DNA of 61,054 nt from Devosia sp. Its GTDB lineage: Bacteria; Pseudomonadota; Alphaproteobacteria; Rhizobiales; Devosiaceae. This document shows, piece after piece, positions 28,650 through 37,064 of the stretch. Numbering within the stretch: position 1 is the first letter of the stretch; each line of letters begins with the position of its first letter. The DNA lies in assembly GCF_017307565.1 (NCBI RefSeq), contig NZ_JAFKHD010000070.1, forward strand, positions 1 to 61,054, given 5' to 3'. The notes under the pieces were generated by a model. That model was not told the origin of the DNA and ran no database searches. It saw only the letters and a list, made by a program, of their open reading frames with translations. A program made the position numbers and the translations under genes.

Positions 28650-29371
28650 CTACTGCGGCGGAAGTAAAAAGACGGCTGAAGCCGCTCCTAAAGCATCGTC
28701 CCGATCTGGTCCTGGTCGGTCGCAATCTGGTCATTCCACCCGTCCATCATGTCCTGCGGGGTATCTTTTTTGATGCGTCTTGGGACAAACATCTGTGCCG
28801 GCCAATCTGGTACGCCGGTGCAATGTTCATGTACAATCTTGAGAACGACTCCCCGCCGTTCGACATTCATGAGCAATATTCTCTGCAACGGTCCAATGAA
28901 GAGGACTTTTCCTCACTGTGATGGCCAAGACCGAGGCAGTTCTCCAATTCGATTTCTCGCGGGTTTATACGGTTGAGCAGTACATCAACTTTGGCAAAGA
29001 CGCTGAAGTGGAAAACGATGGTAGAGATAGCCGCATCATTCCCCATCGGCCCTTTCACTATGCCGTCGCTCTCTCGGCGCTGAGCGATCTGGACGATGCC
29101 GAGCATAAGATGGTCGCGGCGGCAGCTTGGTGGGAGAGGGGCTCGATTGCGGCCGCACGGCGTGCGGAAGAGTGGCGTGCCAAAGGAGCCGTGGCCATCG
29201 CTGAGCGATGGCGTAATGGCGCGCCGTCTGGGGGCCTTGCGAGACCTCGTTCAACGCCGGGGCCGCGCCGATATAGGAGACCTTTTGCGGTCTTGGGAGC
29301 TCGACCGGGCAAAAGCGCTCAAAATCGACCATCCTTGGGAGCCTACGGCGTTTCCCGTCGAGATGAGTTAA
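28646..29371 (+). pseudogene. Frameshifted paralogue of the putative immunity protein
   Basis: N-terminus (MTTAAEVKRRLKPLL...PVHHVLRGIFF) and C-terminus (LLRSWE...WEPTAFPVE) match 27912-28649; split over ORFs 28646, 28918 and 29096 by two frame changes (about 28917 and about 29200). Confidence 0.7.
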
Positions 29372-30045
29372 CCCCGCTTCACGCCCAGCCAAATGACATG
29401 CCGCGCGCCCTTGCCGCCGCTGCGTGCGCGCACCTTCACTTCATCTACCACAAAACCCGCAGCAGCCAGTCGCTTGGCGAACGGCTCGCTAGGATGCGCC
29501 GACCAAACCGCCAGCACGCCACCCGGCCGTAGCGCCGCCCATGATTTCCTGAGCGCCGCCGTGCCATAGAGCTGATCGTTTTGCTCCCGGCTCACCCCAT
29601 CTGGCCCGTTGTCGACATCGAGCATGATGGCGTCGTAGGCCCCTTTGCCCGCCGCGATCACCTTGCCGACGTCGTCATTGATAATCCTCACCCGCGGATC
29701 ATCGAGACAAGTGCCAAAAACCGGGGTCAGTGGCCCGCGCGCCCAGGTGATGATCTCGGGCACCAGTTCGGCAACGACAAGCTCGCTGTCCGCCCCAAAA
29801 CACCCCTGCGCCGCGCGGAGGGTAAAACCCATGCCGAGCCCGCCAATAAGAACCCGCGCCTTCGCGCGTCCGCCGATGCGTTCGGCGCTGAGCGTTGCGA
29901 GGGCCTCTTCCGAGCCACTGAGGCGACTGTTCATCAGCTCATTGGTGCCGAGCATGATGGAGAATTCATCCCCGCGCTGCATCAGTTTGAGCTGCGTCTT
30001 GTCGCCCGGCACATTCGCCGTATCGAGATGGATCCAGGGTCTCAT
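29368..30045 (-). CDS. Spermidine-synthase-like SAM-dependent methyltransferase
   Basis: ELMNSR.SGSEEALA, LIGGLGMGFT, DAIMLDVDNGPDG. Confidence 0.85.
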   Translation of the reverse strand: MRPWIHLDTANVPGDKTQLKLMQRGDEFSIMLGTNELMNSRLSGSEEALATLSAERIGGRAKARVLIGGLGMGFTLRAAQGCFGADSELVVAELVPEIITWARGPLTPVFGTCLDDPRVRIINDDVGKVIAAGKGAYDAIMLDVDNGPDGVSREQNDQLYGTAALRKSWAALRPGGVLAVWSAHPSEPFAKRLAAAGFVVDEVKVRARSGGKGARHVIWLGVKRG

Positions 30046-30062
30046 GAGCTCTCGCAGGGGAT

Positions 30063-30147
30063 TGGTGCGGGCGACGGGAATCGAACCCGTACAGCGTTAG
30101 CCGAGGGATTTTAAGTCCCTTGTGTCTACCAGTTTCACCACGCCCGC
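30063..30147 (-). tRNA. tRNA-Leu (anticodon TAA)
   Basis: GCGGGCG...TGGTAGAC, anticodon arm AGGGA-CTTAAAA-TCCCT, long variable arm, GGTTCGATTCC, encoded CCA; 85 nt. Confidence 0.97.
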
Positions 30148-30226
30148 TTGGCTCGGTGGCCCGTGTTTGTCACAAGGCGGTGCGCAAGACAATTGCGCTT
30201 GGACGATTCTCAACTCAGGAGACGAG

Positions 30227-30607
30227 ATGATCGAACGCATCGAAACCGGCATCGCGCCATCCTCTGCGCCCATCAACGACGCCGTCCGCGCGGGCAAGCA
30301 TGTCTGGCTTGTCGCGGTCGCCGAAGACCCGGCCAGCGGCGATATCGTCGAGGGGGGCATCGAGGCCCAGGCGCATCGCTGCATTCAGAACCTCGAGATC
30401 GGCATCAAGGCCGCCGGCGGCACGCTCGCCAATCTCGTCATGGTGCAGATTTTCCTAGTCGACAGCGCCGACGCGGCCGGCATGAATGCTGTCTACCGCC
30501 AGTATTTCACCCAGCAGCCATATCCGGTTCGCGCCACGGTGGTGGTCAAGGAACTGCTGGCCAAGGGGCTCAGGATCGAAATGACCGCTACGGGGGTACT
30601 GGACTGA
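30227..30607 (+). CDS. RidA/YjgF family protein
   Basis: IEAQAHRCIQN, MNAVYRQYF..PYPVRATV, IEM. Confidence 0.9.
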   Translation: MIERIETGIAPSSAPINDAVRAGKHVWLVAVAEDPASGDIVEGGIEAQAHRCIQNLEIGIKAAGGTLANLVMVQIFLVDSADAAGMNAVYRQYFTQQPYPVRATVVVKELLAKGLRIEMTATGVLD

Positions 30608-30891
30608 TGCTGCTCAAGCTCGCGCTGCTGGAAGATATCAAGGCCGGCAAGGTGGATGTGATTTTCCGCCGCTGGAATCGCCCCACGGTCAAATCGGGCG
30701 GCACGCTCAAGACCAAGCTCGGTCTGCTCTCGATCAAGTCGGTCGTCGACATGAGTGCCGATGAGGTTACCGATGCCGACGCCAAGCGGGCCGGTTTCAA
30801 GGACGTCGCCGATTTCCGCAAGTGGCTCGATACGATGAAAGGGGGGAGCCTCTTCCAGCGTATCGAAGTGGGTTTTGCCGACGAGGCCTAG
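30607..30891 (+). CDS. ASCH-like (PUA fold) protein
   Basis: IKAGKV...FRRWNRPTVKSG...VTDADAKRAGF; TGATG overlap with the ridA-like gene. Confidence 0.7.
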   Translation: MLLKLALLEDIKAGKVDVIFRRWNRPTVKSGGTLKTKLGLLSIKSVVDMSADEVTDADAKRAGFKDVADFRKWLDTMKGGSLFQRIEVGFADEA

Positions 30892-31949
30892 AGGCTCGAC
30901 ATCAGCGGGCTGAAGCTGCGCTGATAGATGGCGCCCAGCCACCGACCATAAAGCGCCTGCAGGCCAGCAACCTCGCCTGCAGGCGTTTCCACGCTCAGAA
31001 CCATCACGGGCACCGAACCGGCAACATCGCGCGGCGCAGCCACTGTGACTTGCGGCTGGCCAACGCCTTCGGGCAGCCCCTCGAGACGCGCGGCAATGGT
31101 TTCGCCCGCCGCTTGGGCCATGGCCGTATCCGGATAGGGGATGGCGATGTGCAGCGCCGCGGTTTCGGCACCGCGCGTCTCGGCAATGAGGGCGAACGGA
31201 AAGACCAGCGCGGCATCCACGTCGGGGGATTTGATCTTGGCACCCTGCGCCGTGCTGCGGTCTACCGTGGGGCCGGCAGAAAAGGCGTCCATGGTCCAGC
31301 CGGAGGCCATCTCCAGTTGCGCACCGTCGCCCGCTACTTGCTTGAGGGCGCTGATGGCATCAACCCACATGCCGTCGGCCGGTGGCGGCGCGGACAATTG
31401 CTGCAGGGTTGATTCCATTTCCGGCCAGCCGGCGGTGCGGATCAGAAATTCGTCGCCGGGCACGATGCGCTGGGCCTTGCCCATGCCCGAGCCGAGTGGG
31501 TCCGGATCGCGGACTGCGGCCAGGTCGATCGCATAGTCCTCGCCACGGTAATAGACCGTGATGTCGCCGATGGCCCGATCGGCAAAGTCGCGCGAGAGCA
31601 GGGCCTGCGGTGTCTCCGAGACAAAGCCCTGGCTGCCCAGCAGCACGGTGATTGTTTTGGGCGGCGCGCCAAGGGAGAGGACGCCCTCGACCGCGCTGAA
31701 GTCGATGCCGGTGACCGGATCCTTGCCGCCCGCAGCCAGAGCCTGCGCCAGCTGCATGTCTTCGATCATCGGCGGGGTCTTGCTCCTGGCAAAGCCGCCA
31801 AGGGGCGCGGCATAGGTGAAGACCTGCGGCTGCGCCATGGCGGCCGGCAGCAGGCCAGCCGCGTCGAGCAGGTCGTCGAAAGCCTGGACCGGAACGGCGA
31901 GGGCAAGCCCGACAAGAATGGTCAGGCAGGGCAGGGAGTGAAGGCGCAT
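30888..31949 (-). CDS. Hypothetical exported protein
   Basis: Signal peptide (VQA-F), 353 aa, RBS GGAG, host-like codon use. Confidence 0.6.
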   Translation of the reverse strand: MRLHSLPCLTILVGLALAVPVQAFDDLLDAAGLLPAAMAQPQVFTYAAPLGGFARSKTPPMIEDMQLAQALAAGGKDPVTGIDFSAVEGVLSLGAPPKTITVLLGSQGFVSETPQALLSRDFADRAIGDITVYYRGEDYAIDLAAVRDPDPLGSGMGKAQRIVPGDEFLIRTAGWPEMESTLQQLSAPPPADGMWVDAISALKQVAGDGAQLEMASGWTMDAFSAGPTVDRSTAQGAKIKSPDVDAALVFPFALIAETRGAETAALHIAIPYPDTAMAQAAGETIAARLEGLPEGVGQPQVTVAAPRDVAGSVPVMVLSVETPAGEVAGLQALYGRWLGAIYQRSFSPLMSSL

Positions 31950-32006
31950 GCCGATGTCTCTCCAGATCGCAAAGTCAGCTGAAGCTTTATGCCGGCAATC
32001 GTGTCG

Positions 32007-32678
32007 CTAAAACGGCGTGGGCGCTACGAAAATCATGAATTCGCCCGTCGTCGGATGGGTAAACCCCAATTCGGCGGCGTGCAGCTGCAGCCGATCGGCC
32101 GCGGTGAAGTCGTCGCCCTCTGCATAGAAGGCGTCGCCGAGGATGACATGGCCCAGCGCCTTCATATGGACACGCAGCTGATGCGTCCGCCCGGTGAGCG
32201 GCACGAGCTTTACGCGGGTTGCGTTCGCCTCGCGCTCGATCACTTCCCACTCGGTCTTGGCGTGGCGGCCGTTCTCATAGTCGACGCGCTGGCGCGGCTT
32301 GTTTTCCCAGTCGGTCGCCAGCGGCAGGTCGATGACGCCGCTGTCTTCGGCAATGATGCCGGAAACGCGCGCGATGTAGCTCTTGGTCGTCTGCCGGTGC
32401 TCGAACTGGCTGCCGATGCGGCCATGAGCGCGCTTGTTGAGCGCCAGCGTCAGAACCCCGGACGTATCCTTGTCGAGCCGGTGGCACATGCCGGCGGTCG
32501 GCCAGGTCTGCCGCGCGCGATATTCGATGCAGTCCCAAAGGCTCGGGTCTTTGCCGGGTACGCTGAGAAGCCCGCTCTGCTTGTCGACAACCAGAATGTC
32601 ATCGTCCACATGGAGGACGTTGAGATAGGGATCGGTGGGCGGGAAATAATCGAGCAATGTGGGCATGGGACCGGGCAT
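32007..32678 (-). CDS. rluA: RluA-family pseudouridine synthase
   Basis: GLLSVPG, HRLDKDTSG, TGRTHQLRVH, LQLHA. Confidence 0.9.
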   Translation of the reverse strand: MPGPMPTLLDYFPPTDPYLNVLHVDDDILVVDKQSGLLSVPGKDPSLWDCIEYRARQTWPTAGMCHRLDKDTSGVLTLALNKRAHGRIGSQFEHRQTTKSYIARVSGIIAEDSGVIDLPLATDWENKPRQRVDYENGRHAKTEWEVIEREANATRVKLVPLTGRTHQLRVHMKALGHVILGDAFYAEGDDFTAADRLQLHAAELGFTHPTTGEFMIFVAPTPF

Positions 32679-32754
32679 GGCCAGCCCTCTAGCAGAGGTT
32701 GGCACATTTGACCAAGCGTTTGCCGCCGTGGCCCCGGCGCGCTAAAGTGACGGC

Positions 32755-33291
32755 ATGTACAGCACCACCTTTGCAACGGCGCTCGGAGAGTTCGCCCTGG
32801 TCTGGACCGACCGCGGCGTGCGCCGGGTCTATTTGCCCGGAGGCGACAGCGCCGAGGTCGCAGAGAAGATGGCCAAGCTCGGTGCCGCCCCCGGCGAACC
32901 CGATCGCGCCATCTCGGCCATTGTCGATCTCATCGAAGACTATGCCGAGGGCGAGAATGTCGATTTCTCCGCCGTGCCGCTCGATCTCGAAAACGTGCCC
33001 GACTTTCATCGGCGCTGCTACGACATTTTGCTCACCTTCGGCTGGGGCATGACCACGACCTATGGTGACATTGCCCGGCAGTTGGGTGACGTCGGTCTGT
33101 CGCGAGCGGTGGGACAAGCCATGGGGGCCAATCCCATTCCGTTGATCATTCCATGTCACCGCGTTCTGGCTGCTGGCGGCGGGGCAGGTGGGTTCTCCGC
33201 ACCCGGCGGCACCACGTCCAAGCGTGCCATGCTGGCTCTCGAAGGCGTCACCATGGGTGCACCGCCCGGCCAGATGCAGTTTGCGTTCTAG
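32755..33291 (+). CDS. ogt: Methylated-DNA-protein-cysteine methyltransferase
   Basis: TYGDIA, RAVGQAMGANP, IPCHRV. Confidence 0.9.
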   Translation: MYSTTFATALGEFALVWTDRGVRRVYLPGGDSAEVAEKMAKLGAAPGEPDRAISAIVDLIEDYAEGENVDFSAVPLDLENVPDFHRRCYDILLTFGWGMTTTYGDIARQLGDVGLSRAVGQAMGANPIPLIIPCHRVLAAGGGAGGFSAPGGTTSKRAMLALEGVTMGAPPGQMQFAF

Positions 33292-33299
33292 AGCGCCAG

Positions 33300-34169
33300 A
33301 TGGGCTTCTCGTTCAGTCGATCCGGCAAGGTTGGCAGTCAGGTCCGCAGGATAGCGGCAGAGCAGATCGATGCCGCGCTGGCCGATTGCCGGTCTGGCGA
33401 TGATTTCGACAAGACGGTCCATGAGTTGCGCCGGCGCTGCAAGCGGATCAGGGGCCTCCTGCGCCTCGTGCGCCCCAAATTTCCGGGCTTCGACAGAGAA
33501 AATGCTGCCTTCCGCAACGCTGCCGATGCACTGGCCTCGGCTCGCGATGCTGCCGTCATGCTCGAAACGCTCGAAGAGGTTCTAGGAGAGGCTAGCGTCG
33601 GGCAGGGGGCAAGACTGCGGGAGGTACTCGCCGAGAACATTCGGTGCGTGTCCGAAAGGCAGGATCGTCGGGCCCTGCTTGAGGTTTTTGCGGAAGAGAT
33701 GCTCATAGCGCGGAAGCGGGTCGATTACTGGACGTTCGAAGACCGCGGCTTTGACCTCCTCGCCCCGGGGCTGGGCCACACCTATGCCCGCATGCGAAAG
33801 CGCCTTGGGGAGGCCGAGAAGACCAGCCATGACGAGGCCTTCCACGATTGGCGCAAGGAAGCAAAGAGCCACTGGTTCCACGTCACCCTGTTCAAGGACT
33901 GCGCACCCGATCGGCTCGGGGCGCGGCGCGATCAGCTCGATACGCTCGGCGAGTATCTTGGCGATCATCACAACCTCGCCGTTCTGGCCGAGGGGCTTGA
34001 GACCTTGGCGGGCCCGCTCGATGCGGACTTGACCCAGGCCATTTCAGCCCGCAAGAGCGCATTGGCGGGTAAGGCGCTGGCCTTGGGCCGGCAGCTAACG
34101 GCTGAAAGCTCCGATGCTCTCGTCTCCCGCTTCGAAAAATTCTGGAAACTGCTTCCAAAGGACGACTGA
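33300..34169 (+). CDS. CHAD domain protein
   Basis: VHELRRRCKRIR, ARDAAV, FHDWRK, LGDHHNLAV. Confidence 0.85.
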   Translation: MGFSFSRSGKVGSQVRRIAAEQIDAALADCRSGDDFDKTVHELRRRCKRIRGLLRLVRPKFPGFDRENAAFRNAADALASARDAAVMLETLEEVLGEASVGQGARLREVLAENIRCVSERQDRRALLEVFAEEMLIARKRVDYWTFEDRGFDLLAPGLGHTYARMRKRLGEAEKTSHDEAFHDWRKEAKSHWFHVTLFKDCAPDRLGARRDQLDTLGEYLGDHHNLAVLAEGLETLAGPLDADLTQAISARKSALAGKALALGRQLTAESSDALVSRFEKFWKLLPKDD

Positions 34170-34170
34170 T

Positions 34171-34638
34171 ATGGCTCAGGAAATCGAGCGCAAATTCCTG
34201 GTTTCCGGCGATGGCTGGAAAGCGGGCGTCGAAAGCTCGGCCCGTCTGCAGCAGGGTTATCTGTCGACCAGCGCCAAGGCGACCGTGCGGGTGCGCATCT
34301 ATGATGATCGGGAAGCCGTGCTGACGCTCAAGGGCAAGCCGCAGGGCCTTGCGCGCGCCGAGTTCGAATATCCCTTGCCGCTCGAAGACGCACGCGAGCT
34401 GATGGAAATCGCCCAGCCCAACGTCATCGAAAAGCGTCGCTACAACGTGCCCCATGGCGCCCATATGTGGGAGGTCGATGTCTTCGAGGGCCACCATGAA
34501 GGGCTGATCATGGCCGAGGTCGAAATGAGCTCGGTCGATGAAGAAGTCGTGCTGCCGTCCTGGGTGGGCCGCGAGGTTAGCGACGACGATCGCTACGCCA
34601 ATGCCAGCCTCTCACGTACCCCGGGCGTTCCCGATTAA
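34171..34638 (+). CDS. CYTH domain protein
   Basis: EIERKFLV, QGY, VRVRI, EFEY, WEVDVF, AEVE. Confidence 0.9.
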   Translation: MAQEIERKFLVSGDGWKAGVESSARLQQGYLSTSAKATVRVRIYDDREAVLTLKGKPQGLARAEFEYPLPLEDARELMEIAQPNVIEKRRYNVPHGAHMWEVDVFEGHHEGLIMAEVEMSSVDEEVVLPSWVGREVSDDDRYANASLSRTPGVPD

Positions 34639-34742
34639 GTGCGGATTGCGCTCGAACAGATTGTTCGCACCGGTTTGATCTCGGTCATGGTTGTCTCGTT
34701 TCGAGGGGCGCATATCTTCTGAGGAACCAACAGGAGATTGCC

Positions 34743-35495
34743 ATGTCCAAGGATTTTGCAGGCAAGGTCGCATTCGTTACGGGCGGTGCTTCGGGTATCG
34801 GCGAAGCGGTGGTGAAGCAGCTCGCCGCGCGCGGTGCCAAAGTCGTCGTTGCCGACCTCAAGCTTGAAGGCGCGCAGGCGGTGGTCGATGCGGTCAAGGC
34901 TGCTGGTGGAGAAGCTGCTGCCGTAGCCGCCGACGTGTCCAAGATCGATCAGGTCGAAAAGGCTGTCCAGTTCGCCGTCGACACCTATGGCGCCCTGCAC
35001 CTTGCGGTGAACAATGCCGGCATTGGCGGCGCTTCCGCGCCCCTGGGCGACTATTCCTTCGATGACTGGCACAAGGTGATCGACGTCAATCTCAACTCCG
35101 TCTTCTATTCGATGAAGTATGAGCTTGCTGCCATGCTCAAGGCCGGCGGTGGTGCCATCGTCAACATGGCGTCTATCCTTGGCTCCGTGACTTTCCCCAA
35201 TGCCCCGGCCTATGTCACTGCCAAGCACGGCGTCGTCGGCATGACCAAGTCTGCCGCGGTGGACTACGCCAAGAAGGGCATTCGCGTCACTGCGGTGGGG
35301 CCGGGCTTCATCGAAACGCCGCTGCTTTCCGCGCTGCCCAAGGAAACGTTGGATTACCTCAAGGCCGTCCACCCCATTGGGCGCCTCGGCACGTCCGAGG
35401 AAGTAGCCGCGCTGACGCTTTTCCTGCTTTCCGACGCCGCCTCCAACATCACAGGGTCCTACCACCTGGTCGATGGCGGCTACGTCGCGCAATAG
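34743..35495 (+). CDS. SDR oxidoreductase
   Basis: TGGASGIG, NNAG, YVTAK, VDGGY. Confidence 0.9.
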   Translation: MSKDFAGKVAFVTGGASGIGEAVVKQLAARGAKVVVADLKLEGAQAVVDAVKAAGGEAAAVAADVSKIDQVEKAVQFAVDTYGALHLAVNNAGIGGASAPLGDYSFDDWHKVIDVNLNSVFYSMKYELAAMLKAGGGAIVNMASILGSVTFPNAPAYVTAKHGVVGMTKSAAVDYAKKGIRVTAVGPGFIETPLLSALPKETLDYLKAVHPIGRLGTSEEVAALTLFLLSDAASNITGSYHLVDGGYVAQ

Positions 35496-35548
35496 AGCGT
35501 TTGCTGAACTCCCGCGCCCGGCTAGTATGTCGGGTGCGGGAGGGTTTG

Positions 35549-36097
35549 ATGCTCATCAAGATCGTCGATCTCGAAGCCATTGCCGACGGCAGGATAGACA
35601 CGCAGTTTCGCCGCTGGCGGCGGCCAACCGTCAAGGCCGGTGGCACGATGCTTACTGCCCTCGGCATTCTCTCCATCGACGCCGTCGAGCCCGTCACTGA
35701 AGATATCTCCGACGAAGACGCCCATCGCGCCGGCTTTGCGGATGCGAAAGGGCTTGTCGCGTCCCTCGCAACCCGTGGAGAGGGCCAACTCTACCGCATC
35801 CGGCTTCATCATATGGGAGCGGATCCCCGTATCGCCCTGCGGACCTCGCTAGACGATCTTGCCGAAGTCGAGGTCAAGCTGGCGCGCATGGACGGTGATG
35901 TTCCATGGACGAGGGCAGTCCTTGCCTCCATTGCAGAAAACCCGGGTCTCTCCGCTCAACAACTCGCGGACAGCTTGGGGCTTGAAAGACAGGCATTCAA
36001 AACCCGCGTTCGTCGCCTGAAGGCCCTCGGTCTCACCGAAAGCCTCGAAACCGGCTATCGAATCTCGCCGAGGGGGACGGCTATTCTGGGACGCTAG
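35549..36097 (+). CDS. ASCH-like domain fused to winged HTH
   Basis: FRRWRRPTVKAG...DAHRAGF, then IAENPG...LA...FKTRVRRLKALGLTESLETGYRISPRG. Confidence 0.7.
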   Translation: MLIKIVDLEAIADGRIDTQFRRWRRPTVKAGGTMLTALGILSIDAVEPVTEDISDEDAHRAGFADAKGLVASLATRGEGQLYRIRLHHMGADPRIALRTSLDDLAEVEVKLARMDGDVPWTRAVLASIAENPGLSAQQLADSLGLERQAFKTRVRRLKALGLTESLETGYRISPRGTAILGR

Positions 36098-36170
36098 TCG
36101 GCTCAATGACTTGCAGGGCAGGGCGGTCCCCACTAAAGCTTGGCCCGTCCCCGCCTTGCGACCTTCCTCT

Positions 36171-37064
36171 ATGCCCAAACAAAACATTGTCGCCGCTCTG
36201 TGGCTTTCCACCGGAGGCCTTGCCGTCATGTCCGCGATGTCCGCGGCCATTCACGAAGTGGCGCCGCTCGTGCCCACCGGCCAGATCATTTTCTGGCGCA
36301 GTTTTGTCGCGCTGCTGCCCACGCTGATCTATCTGGCGGTTCGCCGTGAATTGGGGCAGGCAGTGCGCACGCGCTACCCGCATAAGCACCTGGTGCGTGG
36401 CCTCCTCGGCTGTGCCGTGATGTTCTTTTCCTTCGTCTCGCTGCGCTATCTGTCGGTGGGGCTGGCAACCGCACTCACCTATCTCGCTCCCATCCTCTCC
36501 ATTGCCGCCGCCATGCTCTTCCTCCGCGAGCGGCCGGGCGCGACGATTTTCGTCGGCGTGGTGCTCGGTTTTGCTGGCATTCTGCTCATGCTCTTTCCAA
36601 CCCTCGTGGGGGCGGAACTGCGCGATGGCACCTTGATCGGCGTCGGTGCGGGCGTCGCCATGGCCGCCACCAACGCCCTTTCTCGCGTGCAGGTGAAGGA
36701 TTTGACCCGCACCGAACCGCCAGCCGCAATCGCACTTTCCTTCGCTTTGATCTGCTCGCTGGCCGGGCTGGCTTCGGCGTTTTTCGGCTGGGTCGACCTC
36801 GGCGCCCGTGAATTCGCTCTCCTGGCTGGGGCGGGGCTGCTCGGCGGGTTGGGCCATGTCCTGCTGATGGAGTCGGTGGCCCGTGCCCCCGTCTCGGTGC
36901 TTGCGCCCTACGAATATACCGGGATCATCTGGGCTTTCGGTTTTGACCTGCTGCTGCTCGGTATCGTCCCCACGACATGGGCGCTGGCCGGGGCGATGCT
37001 TGTCGTCGCCGCTGCCGCTCTTGTCGCCTACGGGCAGGGGCGGTTTGCCCGCAAGCCTGCCTAG
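36171..37064 (+). CDS. DMT/EamA transporter
   Basis: About 10 TM segments, FLRERPG, LAPYEYTG. Confidence 0.85.
   Translation: MPKQNIVAALWLSTGGLAVMSAMSAAIHEVAPLVPTGQIIFWRSFVALLPTLIYLAVRRELGQAVRTRYPHKHLVRGLLGCAVMFFSFVSLRYLSVGLATALTYLAPILSIAAAMLFLRERPGATIFVGVVLGFAGILLMLFPTLVGAELRDGTLIGVGAGVAMAATNALSRVQVKDLTRTEPPAAIALSFALICSLAGLASAFFGWVDLGAREFALLAGAGLLGGLGHVLLMESVARAPVSVLAPYEYTGIIWAFGFDLLLLGIVPTTWALAGAMLVVAAAALVAYGQGRFARKPA

Noticed and set aside
26492-30147. tRNA-Leu-anchored integrative island or prophage containing the toxin cassette
   Set aside because: No integrase, and I found no duplicated tRNA 3' end near 26500; a host-like methyltransferase lies between the tRNA and the cassette.
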